In this document: piece after piece, positions 39,509-52,144 of the stretch
Position numbering within the stretch: position 1 is the stretch's first letter
How the letters are laid out: each line of letters opens with the position of its first letter
Assembly: GCF_035084215.1 (NCBI RefSeq)
Contig: NC_090329.1
Span: 42,036,001-42,100,000, forward strand
DNA from: Heptranchias perlo
Lineage: Eukaryota
Length of the DNA stretch: 64,000 nucleotides
Direction: 5' to 3'
Translations under genes and position numbers: made by a program
Notes under the pieces: model-generated
The model's input: the letters and a program-made list of their open reading frames with translations, nothing else
Databases searched by the model: none
Told to the model about the DNA's origin: nothing

Positions 39509-42500
39509 ACCAAAGAAGCTGATATGGATTGTTTGGCCTGAAAAGTCTGAAGTAGCTGAGGCAGTGTTATGTATGGAGATCAGTGAGCCTGCCTTCCAGC
39601 TGAACATATCAGAACATTCATGCTCTGCTCACAATGCCACAGCAACCAGGCAAACATCTCTAAATAAACTTTCTGATAATACAAATTTGCTAAGTGGAAA
39701 ATTTAGAGGCAGGATGGAAGGTAATGGAACACAAGTGCTATGTGCACTACATTAGGCTCCGTCACCTTCCATCCTGCCTCAAAACTTTCCACTCATTGCA
39801 TTTGTGTCAGAAAATTTGTTTTTATAGGGGCCAGGAGGCTCACTTCCTGTTTGTTAAGGTACTAAAGTCACTGCTGTGCTAATTTGTTTAAAATCATTTA
39901 TTAAATCTGACAAATATTTGGTATCATGGGAATGTTGAAAAAAAACATCAGCAGTCCCACAGATTCATGGATGTAACAAGCTGATGCAGGCCCAGGACCC
40001 AGTGGTCAATTAGACATGTAGACTAGATCTTAAAACAAGGGACATTTATTCACCAACATTGTGCCTTTACTTACAGCAATGAACCAGACCACACTAGTTA
40101 TTACTTTCCAGCCATCCTCTCACCAACCAAGCCATTTCCCTGCCTTTTATTCTTACAGGCTGGGAGTCCTCCCTGATTAAAGGCAATTAAGGTCAATGAT
40201 TTCTTAAAGCTATACCACCTTTTATATAACTTCTTAAAGTTGTATCCCTTTCTTGGATATATAGCTCTCAACGTCCTATGGCTTACATATCGTCCCGCTC
40301 TCACTCTGTTACAATGGAGATATCCATCTCAAAGATCTCCATGTCTGAGTTGGATACCTAGATCTTGGAGATATGTACCTCCACTTCTAACATCCACAAT
40401 CTGCTGAATCAGTGTTAGCTGAAGTGGAAATCTTGCTGATTCAGGGACTGAGCAACATAGGGGTATTGATCCTCAATCTTCTGAGTGCTGTTACATCTAA
40501 CATTGGAACATAGAAATTTCAGCCCTCTGGGGGGTGGATTTCAGCTATAGTTGTGGGCAGAGAGGGGGTCAAAATTTTGACTGGAACCTGGTTCTGCTGG
40601 GCTTCTGCCCCCTCTAAGTTACCCCACAAATTCTGCCCCCGGTGGAGGAGGGCAGATGTATCTTCTGCCCACCCCATTTATGTCCCAGAAGCATTTTGGG
40701 AGTTAGTTCCGGGGACTGTTTATAATCTAATGGCTACCTACTGTTCCTTGTGTGGAATAATTAAAACATGTTTCCCTTTGGTCCATTGAACGTTTAGAGC
40801 TCCTCCCATGGAGCAGCCAGGTACAGTTCCAAGCTTCCAGCAGCAGAGCAGGACACGTGGCCCACCTTTTGGGATCAGGTCCAGGCAAGGCCTAAGCAGT
40901 GGACTGCAGTCCCGCTCTGCTACTTGTCCATCTCCTCTTAAAGATCTGCGGAATTTGTAGGCCAGGATCTTGTTTTCTAGAAGGTCTACAGTTAGGGCCA
41001 CGAAGGAAACATGTCGAGCCTACCATAACAGAAGGTTTTGTTTATCTTCTAGATGCATAGTGTTCTGCTCTCAGATATATCAGGGGGCAGCCAAGAGGAG
41101 AGGCACACCACTTGTTCACAGAGCTGCAGAGGAAGGCCGTTGGTACCTATGTACGCCAGCAGCCTGTCTCTGATATCACACAGCCCTGATCACTTTTATT
41201 CTGGTACCTCACAGTGATAGTTTAAGACGCTCCACCGTGGAGTGTTGCTGATATCGTGACCATTCCACTAGTGGCACTGGTACCAGAAAGTGAACACAAA
41301 GGATAGCAACACAGACACATACTCACAGGTTTAGAACAAGTACATTGTTTGAAAAGAGGAGACCATACACACTGTGGGCACATATTTCATATTGTTTATT
41401 TGGTCGCCTTTGCTTGTACTTCAACTATACATGTACTTCTGATTAGGCACAGGGTCACAGTAGATTTGCAAAGGGAAACTGTTGTTGGTGTAGCAAAAGG
41501 AGCTGTTGATTGATTGTGCCTGTAATTGTAATGGACAAGCCTGTTCTCTGCTTCCTATAGTTGCTGGGTTGTTATGATGTGTGACGTGATATCAGCTAGA
41601 TTGATATATGATATTTTTTTACCTTGGCATGGGAGATTCCTTTTAGTGAAATGGGTGGTAATGGCATTTTTCTGAATCTTTCATTCAGCCCACCCCTCAA
41701 TGAAAGAATGGCGGCAGCTATGATATGACAAACATCAGTGTTGCTGTGCTTCTGCTGAGTTTGGAAAAGACTTCAAGCCCTTCATGCTACTACCGATCTG
41801 CACTTAAAGGTGGCAGGTCGATAGGCTACTTAAGCGTCTGAAAAAGGCAATGGTGCCTGCTTAATTGAATCCTCTTCCCCCCTCCTCTCCCGTTAAAGAG
41901 CTTATCTGGTATTTTTTTCTGATAGCTTCAGCAACCTATTTCTAACATCAGAAACAGGCATTGAATTCTTTTACTGTCTGTCCCAATGAAGAATCATATT
42001 GACCCATGTAATATGGCAAATTCTATTTGATTGGAACTGTAGGGAATCCTTATTTCCTATGATTCTTGGAACTGGACGAATAGTCAAGTGAAGAAAGTCA
42101 CCCTCACTCACAGTAGTTTCGTTAATCAAAAGTAATTATTTAATGATGTTATCATTCATACGAGGATTCATGAAGCAAAATCAAAAAGTACATATGACTT
42201 TCCTGTATAAGATCCCATTATACACTTAATAATTTGCAACATTATTATGTAATAACTTAACAATTCATACACACATCAGGTAAATCATTAAATACATATA
42301 ACCTTAAACCAAGGATTTTTCTCATTGAGGCCCGAAGGTTGATCAATGTTTCAGTCTACGAGCTTCTCTTCTTCTTCTGCAATGTTCAACTGCAGTGTGC
42401 GTGGTGGTTCCTTTTGACTGTCATGTGGTGAAGAGACTGTTCTTCTCTCAAAGTCGTCCTTTTATATTGTTCTTACCAATAGGACGTAGGATTGAAGCAT

Positions 42501-42774
42501 GTTACTCTTTTTGTCCAAATGCTCCCTATTGCTATGCCTCAATTATTAACATACACCGATGATTGACAGATTAGGCTTTGATCAGATGATTGGAGAAAAG
42601 GCCATGTGCTTAAACCATGGAATGTAAAAGGTCCCTTTACTGTCTCTGTTTACAGCCTTTCATGGAGAGATAGCTCCTTTCATTTCTACACCCAGACATT
42701 TTTAATGGTCTTGACGTCTCCAATTTTGATTGCCTCAGTGGTTCCAAATCCATTCCTTATACCATTTGACCATA

Positions 42775-45652
42775 TTTTTTTTAGTTCACGGGATGTGGGC
42801 GTCGCTGGCGAGGCCAGCATTTATTGCCCATCCCTAATTGCCCTTGAGAAGGTGGTGGTGAGCCGCCTTCTTGAACCGCTGCAGTCCGTGTGGTGATGGT
42901 TCTCCCACAGTGCTGTTAGGAAGGGAGTTCCAAGATTTTGACCCAGCGACAATGAAGGAACGGCGATATATTTCCAAGTCGGGATGGTGTGTGACTTGGA
43001 GGGGAACGTGCAGGTGGTGGTGTTCCCATATGCCTGCTGCTCTTGTCCTTCTAGATGGTAGAGGTCGCGGGTTTGGGAGGTGCTGTCGAAGAAGCCTTGG
43101 CGAGTTGCTGCAGTGCATCCTGTGGATGGTACACACTGCAGCCACAGTGTGCCGGTGGTGAAGGGAGTGAATGTTTAGGGTGGTGGATGGGGTGCCAATC
43201 AAGCGGGCTGCTTTATCTTGGATGGTGTCGAGCTTCTTGAGTGTTGTTGGAGCTGCACTCATCCAAGCAAGTGGAGAGTATTCCATCACACTCCTGACTT
43301 GTGCTTTGTAGATGGTGGAAAGGCTTTGGGGCGTCAGGAGGTGAGTCACTCGCCGCAGAATACCCAGCCTCTGACCTGCTCTCGTAGCCACAGTATTTAT
43401 ATGGCTTGTCCAGTTAAGTTTCTGGTCAATGGTGACCCCCCCCAGGATGTTGATGGTAGGGGATTCGGCGATCGTAATGCCGTTGAATGTCAAGGGGAGG
43501 TGGTTAGACTCTCTCTTGTTGGAGATGGTCATTGCCTGGCACTTACCTGGCACGAATGTTATTTGCCACTTATGAGCCCAAGCCTGGATGTTGTCCAGGT
43601 CGCTGCATGCGGGCTCGGACTGCTTCATTATTTGAGGGGTTGCGAATGGAACTGAACACTGTGCAGTCATCAGCGAACATCCCCATTTCTGACCTTATGA
43701 TTGAGGGAAGGTCATTGACGAAGCAGCTGAAGATGGTTGGGCCTAGGACACTGCCCTGAGGAACTCCTGCAGCAATGTTCTGGGGCTGAGATGATTGGCC
43801 TCCAACAACCACTACCATCTACATTGTCGGGTAGATGCCAGTGTTGTAGCTGTACTGGAACAGCTTGGCTAGAGGCGCAGCTAGTTCTGGAGCACAAGTC
43901 TTCAGCACTATAGCCAGGATGTTGTTGGGGCCCATAGCCTTTGCTGTATTCAGGTATGACTCCAGCCACTGGAGAGTTTTCCCCCTGATTCCCATTGACT
44001 TCAATTTTACTAGAGCTCCTTGGTGCCACACTCGGTCAAATGCTGCCTTGATGTCAAGGGCAGTCACTCTCACCTCACCTCTGGAATTCAGCTCTTTTGT
44101 CCATGTTTGGACCAAGGCTGTAATGAGGTCTGGAGCCGAGTGGTCCTGGCGGAACCCAAACTGAGCATCGGTGAGCAGGTTATTGGTGAGTAAGTGCCAC
44201 TTGATAGCACTGTCGACGACACCTTCCATCACTTTGCTGATGATTGAGAGTAGACTAATGGGGCGGTAATTGGCCGGATTGGATTTGTCCTGCTTTTTGT
44301 GGACAGGACATACATGGGCAATTTTCCACATTGTCGGGTAGATGCCAGTGTTGTAGCTGTACTGGAACAGCTTGGCTAGAGGCGCAGCTAGTTCTGGAGC
44401 ACAAGTCTTCAGCACTACAGCCGGGATGTTGTCGGGGCCCATAGCCTTTGTTGTATCCAGTGCACTCAGCCGTTTCTTAATATCACGTGGAGTGAATCGA
44501 ATTGGCCGAAGGCTGGCTTCCGTGATGGTGGGGATATCGGGAGGAGGCCAAGATGGATCATCCACTCGGCACTTCTGGCTGAAGATGGTTGCAAATGCTT
44601 TAGCCTTGTCTTTTGCACTCACGTGCTGGACTCCGCCGTCATTGAGGATGGGGATGTTTCCAGAGCCTCCTCCTCCCGTTGGTTGTTTAATTGTCTACCA
44701 CCATTCACGACTGGATGTGGCAGGACTGCAGAGCTGTGATCTGATCCGTTGGTTGTGGAATCGCTTAGCTCTGTCTATAGGATGTTACTTCCACTGTTTA
44801 GCATGCATGTAGTCCTGAGTTGTAGCTTCACCAGTTTGGCACCTCATTTTTAGGTATGCCTGGTGCTGCTCCTGGCATGCTCTCCTACACTCCTCATTGA
44901 ACCAGGGTTGATCCCCTGGCTTGTTGGTAATGGTAGAGTGAGGAATATGCCGGGCCATGAGGTTACAGATTGTGCAGGAATACAATTCTGCTGCTGCTGA
45001 TGGCCCACAGCGCCTCATGGATGCCCAGTTTTGAGCTGCTAGATCTGTTCTGAATCTATCTCATTTAGCACGGTGGTAGTGCCACACAACACGTTGGATA
45101 GTGTCCTCAGTGCGAAGACGTGACTTCATCTCCACGAGGACTGGGCGGTGGTCACTCCTACCAATACTGTCATGGACAGATGCATTTGCGACAGGTAGAT
45201 TGGTGAGGACGAGGTCAAGTAAGTTTTTCCCTCGTGTTGGTTCGCTCACCACCTGCCGCAGGCCCAGTCTGGCAGTTATGTCCTTCAGGACTCGGCCAGC
45301 TCGGTCAGTAGTGGTGCTACTGAGCCACTCTTGGTGATGGACATTGAAGTCCCCCACCCAGAGTACATTTTGCGCCCTTGCTACCCTCAGTGCTTCCTCC
45401 AAGTGGTGCTCAACATGGAGGAGGACTGATTCATCAGCTGAGGGAGGGCGGTAGGTGGTAATCAGATGAAGGTTTCCTTGCCCATGTTTGACCTGATGCC
45501 ATGAGATTTCATGGGGTCCAGAGTCAATGTTGAGGACTCCCAGGGCCACTCCCTCCTGACTGTATATCACTGTACCGCCACCTCTGGTGGGCCTGTCCTG
45601 CCGGTGGGACAGGACATACCCAGGGATGGTGATGGAAGAGTCTGGGACGTTG
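42775..45652 (-). mobile_element. Zenon-like CR1-clade LINE, 5'-truncated within the endonuclease; ORF disrupted
   Basis: APE motifs (RGGGTVIY, YRPPS, VGDFN, PTRGKNLLDLVLTN, SDH); RT motifs (RPISLL, AQFGFR, LDIKAAFDRVWH, GVPQGSVLGP, FADD); C-terminus YKAQVRSVMEY; A-rich tail. Confidence 0.95.
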
Positions 45653-46349
45653 CTGGAAGAAATACTATTTGATGTTTTACAAATCCAAGTTCTTTGAACA
45701 AATTTCCGGATAGGAGTGAGAGGCCCATACCTTTTTACACCTATCATTGCTTTCCCAATCTGAAGCCTTTGATGTGTACTCTTGTTGCCTTCTCTTACAT
45801 TACCCCCTGCTGTGTTGAAAAGTCTATGTGTTTTAAAAGTCTAACAACCCTCCAAGCTCATCTTTATCCATCTAGCTTATTTATCTAATGATCTCGATAT
45901 CTATCCGCACAGTACAATGTCTTCGATCCCAAAACTCACTCTCCAATGCCATCAGAGTCACTGAGGGAAAAGCAGGATTTGCGAGAACACAGTTTACCAC
46001 ATTATTGTGTTTGCAAGTTTTCAAATGACTTTGTTTAAAAGGGGCACAGTTAACCCTTTCCTTCAAATGTCTTTTATTAAAGGGATTATGAACCCCACAG
46101 AACATTTTCCAACATTGGAATCCCAAACAATACATTTAATTTTTTAAAGAAAGAACTCAAACTGATGATGTTCATTTATGGATCTTTTGTTCTTCCTGGT
46201 GACAGCCAACATAAACTAAATATTCTAAGATATTTTCTTAATGAATTTTCACTCCCAGTGACTGTGAGAACTCCCCTGCTCTTCATCACTGAGAGCACAT
46301 CTCAGGAATTCAGGTGCAGAGGTCAGCAGCCCCGCAGCATTTTATGTCC

Positions 46350-46585
46350 AGGCACTATTTCGAAGAAGAGCAGGGGAGTTCTTACAGTGTTCTGACCTCA
46401 GCCAACATCAATAAAAAAAAACAAATGATCTGGTCATTATCTCATTGCTGTCTGTGGAACCTTGCTGTGCCCAAATTGGCTGCCGCGTTTGCCTACATTA
46501 CAACAGTCACTACACTTCAACATTGGCTGTAAAGTGCTTTGGGACGTCTTGAAGGCGCTATATAAATACTAGTCTTTCTTTCTTT
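46350..46585 (+). mobile_element. DeuSINE 3' portion
   Basis: GGCACTATTTCGAAGAAGAGCAGGGGAGTT...CTTGCTGTGCCCAAATTGGCTGCCGCGTTT...GGCGCTATATAAAT with a (CTTT)n tail. Confidence 0.8.
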
Positions 46586-48650
46586 CGCAGGGTCACTAAC
46601 CTCAGGAGTGGAAGGTATCAGTCTTCCTCCCAGTTGCAGACACATGTTGATTTGCATGAACATTAGTTATGGTGTTTCTGGCCCATTTTTCTTAATTTTT
46701 TTTGTTTTATTTTCCTGTTGCACTTAGGTACCCATGTATTTTAGTAGCAATTATTTAATCCCCCCCGAACACCATTACTGCCATCAGTGGGTTTCCCAAT
46801 GGGAATCCATCTATCTGAGGTGCTTGGTAGAAGAAGATGACCATCAAAGGGATGTCAGACAAGTCAGGCTGTTTGAGAGGCACTGTATGCCCACCTGCCA
46901 ATACCTGCCTACCAGCTTCTGCAGATAGAGGTGAACATAGCTCACATTGGCAGATGATTAGTGCATGCAGCAGTTGTGATAGTGGCTCCAGTGGAACAGA
47001 TACTTGTTAAGACCTGACTGTTTTTTCAGAAGCCAATTATTGCCAATCATGCTTTTTGTGGTATTGCATGAAAAAAGACATGCTAGGTGATCATCAACCA
47101 GCAAATCTTTGATTAGCACTACCTACCAATATGCCACCACTATTACTCACAGACATTGTCTGGAAATAGGTGCCTTCAGAGGTCTTGATCAGTACAGAGT
47201 ATGATTCCCACTATGATTGTGCACGCATAACATTCTAAAGTAATTCATAACTTTTATTTCACTCTATGTGAAAGTAAAGGTATCTTTGGCTATTTTCAAT
47301 ATTTCTGTTAGATCAAAATATTGTCCCCAAATTTTCTTGGGATGGGCTACCAGTATAAGAAGGGCAGGCGGGACAGGCAGGGCAGGAAATAGGGTGGGAC
47401 CCCGTAATGCTGGCTCTCCGCCTCAAAGAGAGGGCCACGGGGATTTCACCTGGGGGCAGGCGTGAGCGGTTGTTGCCCCCCCCCCCCCCTCGCGGCCTGA
47501 CGTATTACAAGGAGATCAAATCCATTAGAATTTCTGTTAGCACCACCTCCTGTGCCCCCAGTGTACTGTAACCCGGCAAGATACAAGCATACATTATATT
47601 GCAAAGGCGGAAGTGGGGTCCACAAGACTGTTCTCGGCCGGGTTAGAACACGCCAATACTGAACTTCTAGCCCCAGTGAAATCAGTCCTCTTATATAAAG
47701 GGGCCAAGTTCACATGCTCTATTGATGCCAGGTTTTCTGGCCCATTCTGCGTATTCAAAGCTCTCGCATTTTACTTATTTTAAATCAATGTCACTAATGT
47801 TCAGTCACTTTTTTGTTTGAACAAGATAAGATTAGAGATGACTGTTGATCAATGAATAAACAGTTAATGCCTTTGTATGACATTCCTCTGTTCATTATTT
47901 TAACAGACGTGTTGATCCATTTACAATAATCATTAAATGTTTGCTGATATCCCCAACAGTAGTTTCTAAATATAATCTCTACCTGCGTCTCACTGGAAAT
48001 AAGAATCCCTGGTTAATTTGTTTCAATGGATCCACAATACAGGAGTCATTTACCAACTTTGCACTCCCAGCAGGGAGTCCCACCCACTGGGAGCACATAT
48101 TAGAAATTCCTCTGCACTCTACCGAATTATGGGGCTAGAAATTGGGCCGTATAGAGCCCGTTGTTTCGGCGCTACGTGGTCTCCCGAAGTGTCAAGATGG
48201 CGTCTTGGCTGCGCACACACATTTCCAGCGTGACATGTGCCATATGCCATCTTGGTATAGGAGTTAGCGCGTGCGCAAATACCGAACACCTGCAGCATGT
48301 AAAGTAGGGAGAAAATGCGCACAATCAGTGTGCAACGCTGATTTAAAGTGATAGACACCATTTTGGGACTTAACGTTCAACTCAATGCACAGTCTTAATC
48401 ACGCACACCTGAACATGTCTTAGACGGCCTGGAGGACCCCCCCCACCACCAGTGCTATTTAAAGGGACCATGCAGGTGTTGCAGGTTAGATGCTGGATTA
48501 TTGCTTCTGGCTGCTGGTGGAACAGGAAGTGTTTTTTGAAGCTTCCTATACTTATTAAGAGTTGCTACAGTACATTTGAGAGTGGTTTGACAGGTAATGC
48601 CTTATGGTTCAGAAAGTTACATCCGTGGTTGAACAACATTCCTGGCAACA

Positions 48651-49838
48651 ATGGGCAGTCTGCTAGGGCTCCCGCTGGGCATTGAGCACGATTCGGAGCA
48701 TGCAGAGAGGCCACGCACAGTGGGTCAAGCTGAGAGGAAAGGGAGGAGGAGGAGGCACAGGGCACTGAGCAGGAGGCCCTATCCAATGAGGGCCTTCCGG
48801 GACCAATTCTCTTACCTCAACATGAGCGAGGAGGATTGCATCTGATGTCTGAGGTTCACCAAGGAAGCCGTCACCGAGATCTGTCAACTGCTGCGGCTAC
48901 AACTGCAATCTCAGAGCAGGGCAAGGACAGCGTTTCCTGTGGCTGTGAAGGTAACGGTGGCGCTGAACTTCTTCGGCTCATGATCATTTCAGGCCTCTGC
49001 TGGCGACATGTGCAACATCTCGCAGTATGCAGTGCACTGGTGCATAAGAGAGGTCACAGACGCACTGTATGAGATGAGGAACAGGTTCATCACCTTCACT
49101 CTCGACAGAGACAATCAGAACGAGTGAGCATGGGGGTTCGCCCGCATTGCTGGCTTCCCCATGGTGCAGGATGCCATTGACTGCACGCACATTGCCCTGC
49201 GTGCCCCGCACATCAACTTGGCTATCCTCGTCAACCGAAAGGGCGTCCACTCCCTGGACGTGCAGCTGGTGTGCGACCACACGCATCGAATCATGGAGGT
49301 CGATGCCAACTACCCTGGGAGCAGTCACGACGGCTTCCTTATGCGGCAGCCCAACGTGCCAGCTATCTTTCACCCAGTTTGGCAAGTCAAAGGCTGGCTA
49401 CTGGGCGACAAGGTCTATCCCCTCACACCGTGACTCATGACACCAGTCAGGAATCCACGTACATGTGCACAGCAGGCCTTTAATGAGAGCCATGCTGCCA
49501 CACGCAACATAATGGAGCACACCATAGGCCTCCTCAAACAACGCTTCTGCTGCCTGGACCGGTCTGGAGGAGCCCTGCAGTTCACCCCTGTGCTGGTGGA
49601 CAGATTGGTGGTGGTCTGCTGCATGCTGCACAACCTCGCCATCATAAGGGATCAGTCCTTGCCAACGATGATCGAAGAAGATCCTGAGCCAGAGGTGGAG
49701 GAGGGGGAAGAGGCTGAGGGTCAGGAAGTGGAGGAACCGGAGGAGGAAGTGGAGGAAGATGCAAGGGTACAACAGGGAACACACGCCTTGTCTGCAAGGG
49801 CTCTGCGTACTCGCCTGATCCGTGCCCGCAATCAATAA
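48651..49838 (+). pseudogene. HARBI1-like DDE transposase: 395 codons, no frameshift, four in-frame TGA stops
   Basis: ORFs at 48651, 49161 and 49437 share one frame. Motifs AIDCTH, NRKGVHS, YPGSSHD, LLGDKVYP, MEHTIGLLKQRF, CCMLHN, then an acidic tail. Stops at 48843, 48981, 49125, 49431. Confidence 0.95.
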
Positions 49839-50039
49839 TGTGAACTACATCCCCCAACTCACCGACTGTCCTACACTCCCCACCTGTCCGCTCCCACATG
49901 ACAATCAAATCTCCCTCCATCTGATTGCACATTGGTTTTCCTCTCAGCTCATCGCACAAATAAAAACCACCACCAAATGCAAATTCCAAGTCACATTTAT
50001 CAATGAATAAATAAGATTAGGGAAACAGAACAGAGCTAT

Positions 50040-51545
50040 TCACCCTTGTGCATTCCTTAGTTCCTGTTGTTCATGTGCCTTTACCTTTCCTGGTGCTACT
50101 ACAAGGTGCTTCCCCAGTGGGAGGCTGCTGGCCTTCAATTGAGGAGACTGCAGATGGCCTTGAGAGGATGACCTCAAGCATCTCTGGGCCAAGAGGGCCC
50201 GGCTTCAGACTGCACCATCTCAGCACAGGCTGCAGCAGTCTTGCCTGGCTGGCTGACAGGCAACAACAAGGGCACTGACAGACTGGCAGGGGTGGGAGCA
50301 GGAATGCTGTAATTCTGAGAGAGGGCAACAAGGCCACTGCCACTCTCCCGGGGCGGTGTCTCAGCAACCCTGGTGATCAGCTGGAGAACGGATTGCTGGA
50401 GTGCTGTGATGTCCTGGAAGTCCCGTTCCACAGTCCCCAGAGCCATGATAGCAGCAGTCTGAGCTTCCATTGCAGCAGTCTGAGCTGGCATCTGTGATAT
50501 CCGTTCCCCCCGCCCCGGCTCCTGCGCACTTGTGCTCGGTGTCTCACCATGTGCAGATCCCTCCTCTAACCTAACCTCTAAAGGACGCGCAGTGTCAGTC
50601 TCTGAGCTGGTGGAAGCAAGTGTGAGATCGAGTGATGGTGTGACTTCAGTGTCCCCCTCCTCCTCCTCCTTCTCCTCCTCCTCCTCGGACGGTGCCGCCA
50701 GGTGTTCTTGAGTATCTGCAATGACAAAGGGAAACAGGTTGAATTGTGGAGCGGGAAGAGGAGCAAATAAGACGTGCGTGCCGACAGCATCTGCAGCACA
50801 TGAATCAGAAAAGATTATGGGAGGAGGAAGATGTGGGAAACGAGAAGGAGCATTAGATATGCAGAGACCCCCTTCATCGGGGACCTCTAGCACGGCGTGT
50901 GGTCACTGCTGCAGCGACGGCCCGGCCAACGATCTGAAGCACCGTCTCCTCCAAGGGGGTGAGGATGTGTAGACGTGCCTGCCCACCCTCAGGTCCTTCC
51001 TGCTGTCGGTTGTTATGCGCAACCTTCTCCTGCAAGACAGAGGACAGTGTGTCAGTGAGTATCCTGCAAGGTGTCTAGCTGGTGTGCCTGTCATGGAAGA
51101 ATAGCTGCCAATGTGTGTGACCTGTGAGTGGTGGTTGTGTGGCCCGCAAGTGTGGTGCTATGTGTGGGTGAGATGCAGCATGCTGAGTGCAGCATTGCGT
51201 ATGGATGGGCAGTGTTTGGTGGGTGGGTGACAGGGAGTGTGATGTGTGGAGCAGTGGTGCATTTGGTAGGATGTGCCACTTGCATTCACTCACCTTGACC
51301 ACTCGTGTCAAATCGTTGAACTTCTTTCGGCACTGCACCCATGTGCGTGGTGCCATGCTCCTGGCATTGACATCCTGGGCCACAGCCTGCCAATGCCTGT
51401 TGAGCTGGAGTCTGGAGGGTCTCCTGCCACCCTGCGGGTACATGCTGGCCCTCGTTTCGTCAACCCCCTCCACCAGGGCCTCCAGTTCATCATCCGAGAA
51501 TCGTGGGGCTAGCTCTCGCGCCAGTTCTGCCATCCTTGCAACCAT
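50040..51545 (-). pseudogene. Harbinger Myb/SANT DNA-binding protein gene, 3 exons
   Basis: Exon 1 51545-51294 (APRFSDDELEALVEGV...WQAVAQDVNA...RTWVQCRKKFNDL, donor gtgagt). Exon 2 from 51029 (EKVAHNNRQQ...LTPLEETVL). Exon 3 from 50715 (acidic), apparently internally deleted. Confidence 0.88.
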
Positions 51546-52144
51546 CTTTCCCTCCTCCTAGTGGACTGTGCATGTCCCATTTAAAATGTGCACCTGCACC
51601 TTTAAGAGGTGCTATTAACCCACACCCAATGGCTCCTACGCAGGCAGCACGTGAAATTCGGCTTCCTCATTTTCCATGCAGCCTCTCAGCAGCACGGCTA
51701 GCGCTGACTGTACGGAGGTCTCATGGTATGTAGCAGGCAGCTCAAAATTCACGTGCTGCCTGCGTAGAGGCCATCGGGTGCGGGTTAATAGCAGATCACA
51801 CAACCCACACCCGACAGTAGGCCTTATCGAATTTTTCTCCCTCCATGTTCTCTTGGCAGGTGAGGCTCCCTGGTGGAAAGGTGAAGACAGAAAAATGACC
51901 CCTTTTAAGACATTGCTTTTCCAATAAAAATCTGATAAATTTTTAGTGGTGGGACCTGAGTCGTGATACTTAACTTGCCTGGATTTGTGCGAGAATAGGC
52001 TTGGAAGTTTAAATGCCCCATCTGTTTTAGGAGTTTGGGGTTAGAAAGTTACTACCTCTGTTTAAGATGCTTAGTAGTTAATGCTTTGAATCTGCATTGT
52101 ACAGTACTAGTGATGAACATTGTCGTGTTTGTATGAAGTTCACA

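Larger units (their letters stand above)
48132..51844. mobile_element. Near full-length PIF/Harbinger transposon (transposase plus convergent Myb/SANT gene)
   Basis: Ends GGGCTAGAAATTGG / CGAATTTTTCTCCCTCC; candidate TSD ATG/ATG; two-gene architecture. Confidence 0.9.

Noticed and set aside
48651-49838. All four internal stops are TGA (selenocysteine or readthrough?); or the domesticated host HARBI1 gene
   Set aside because: Each stop is explained by a single substitution, two of them CpG decay. The ORF lies between TIRs beside a Myb gene, which is transposon architecture.
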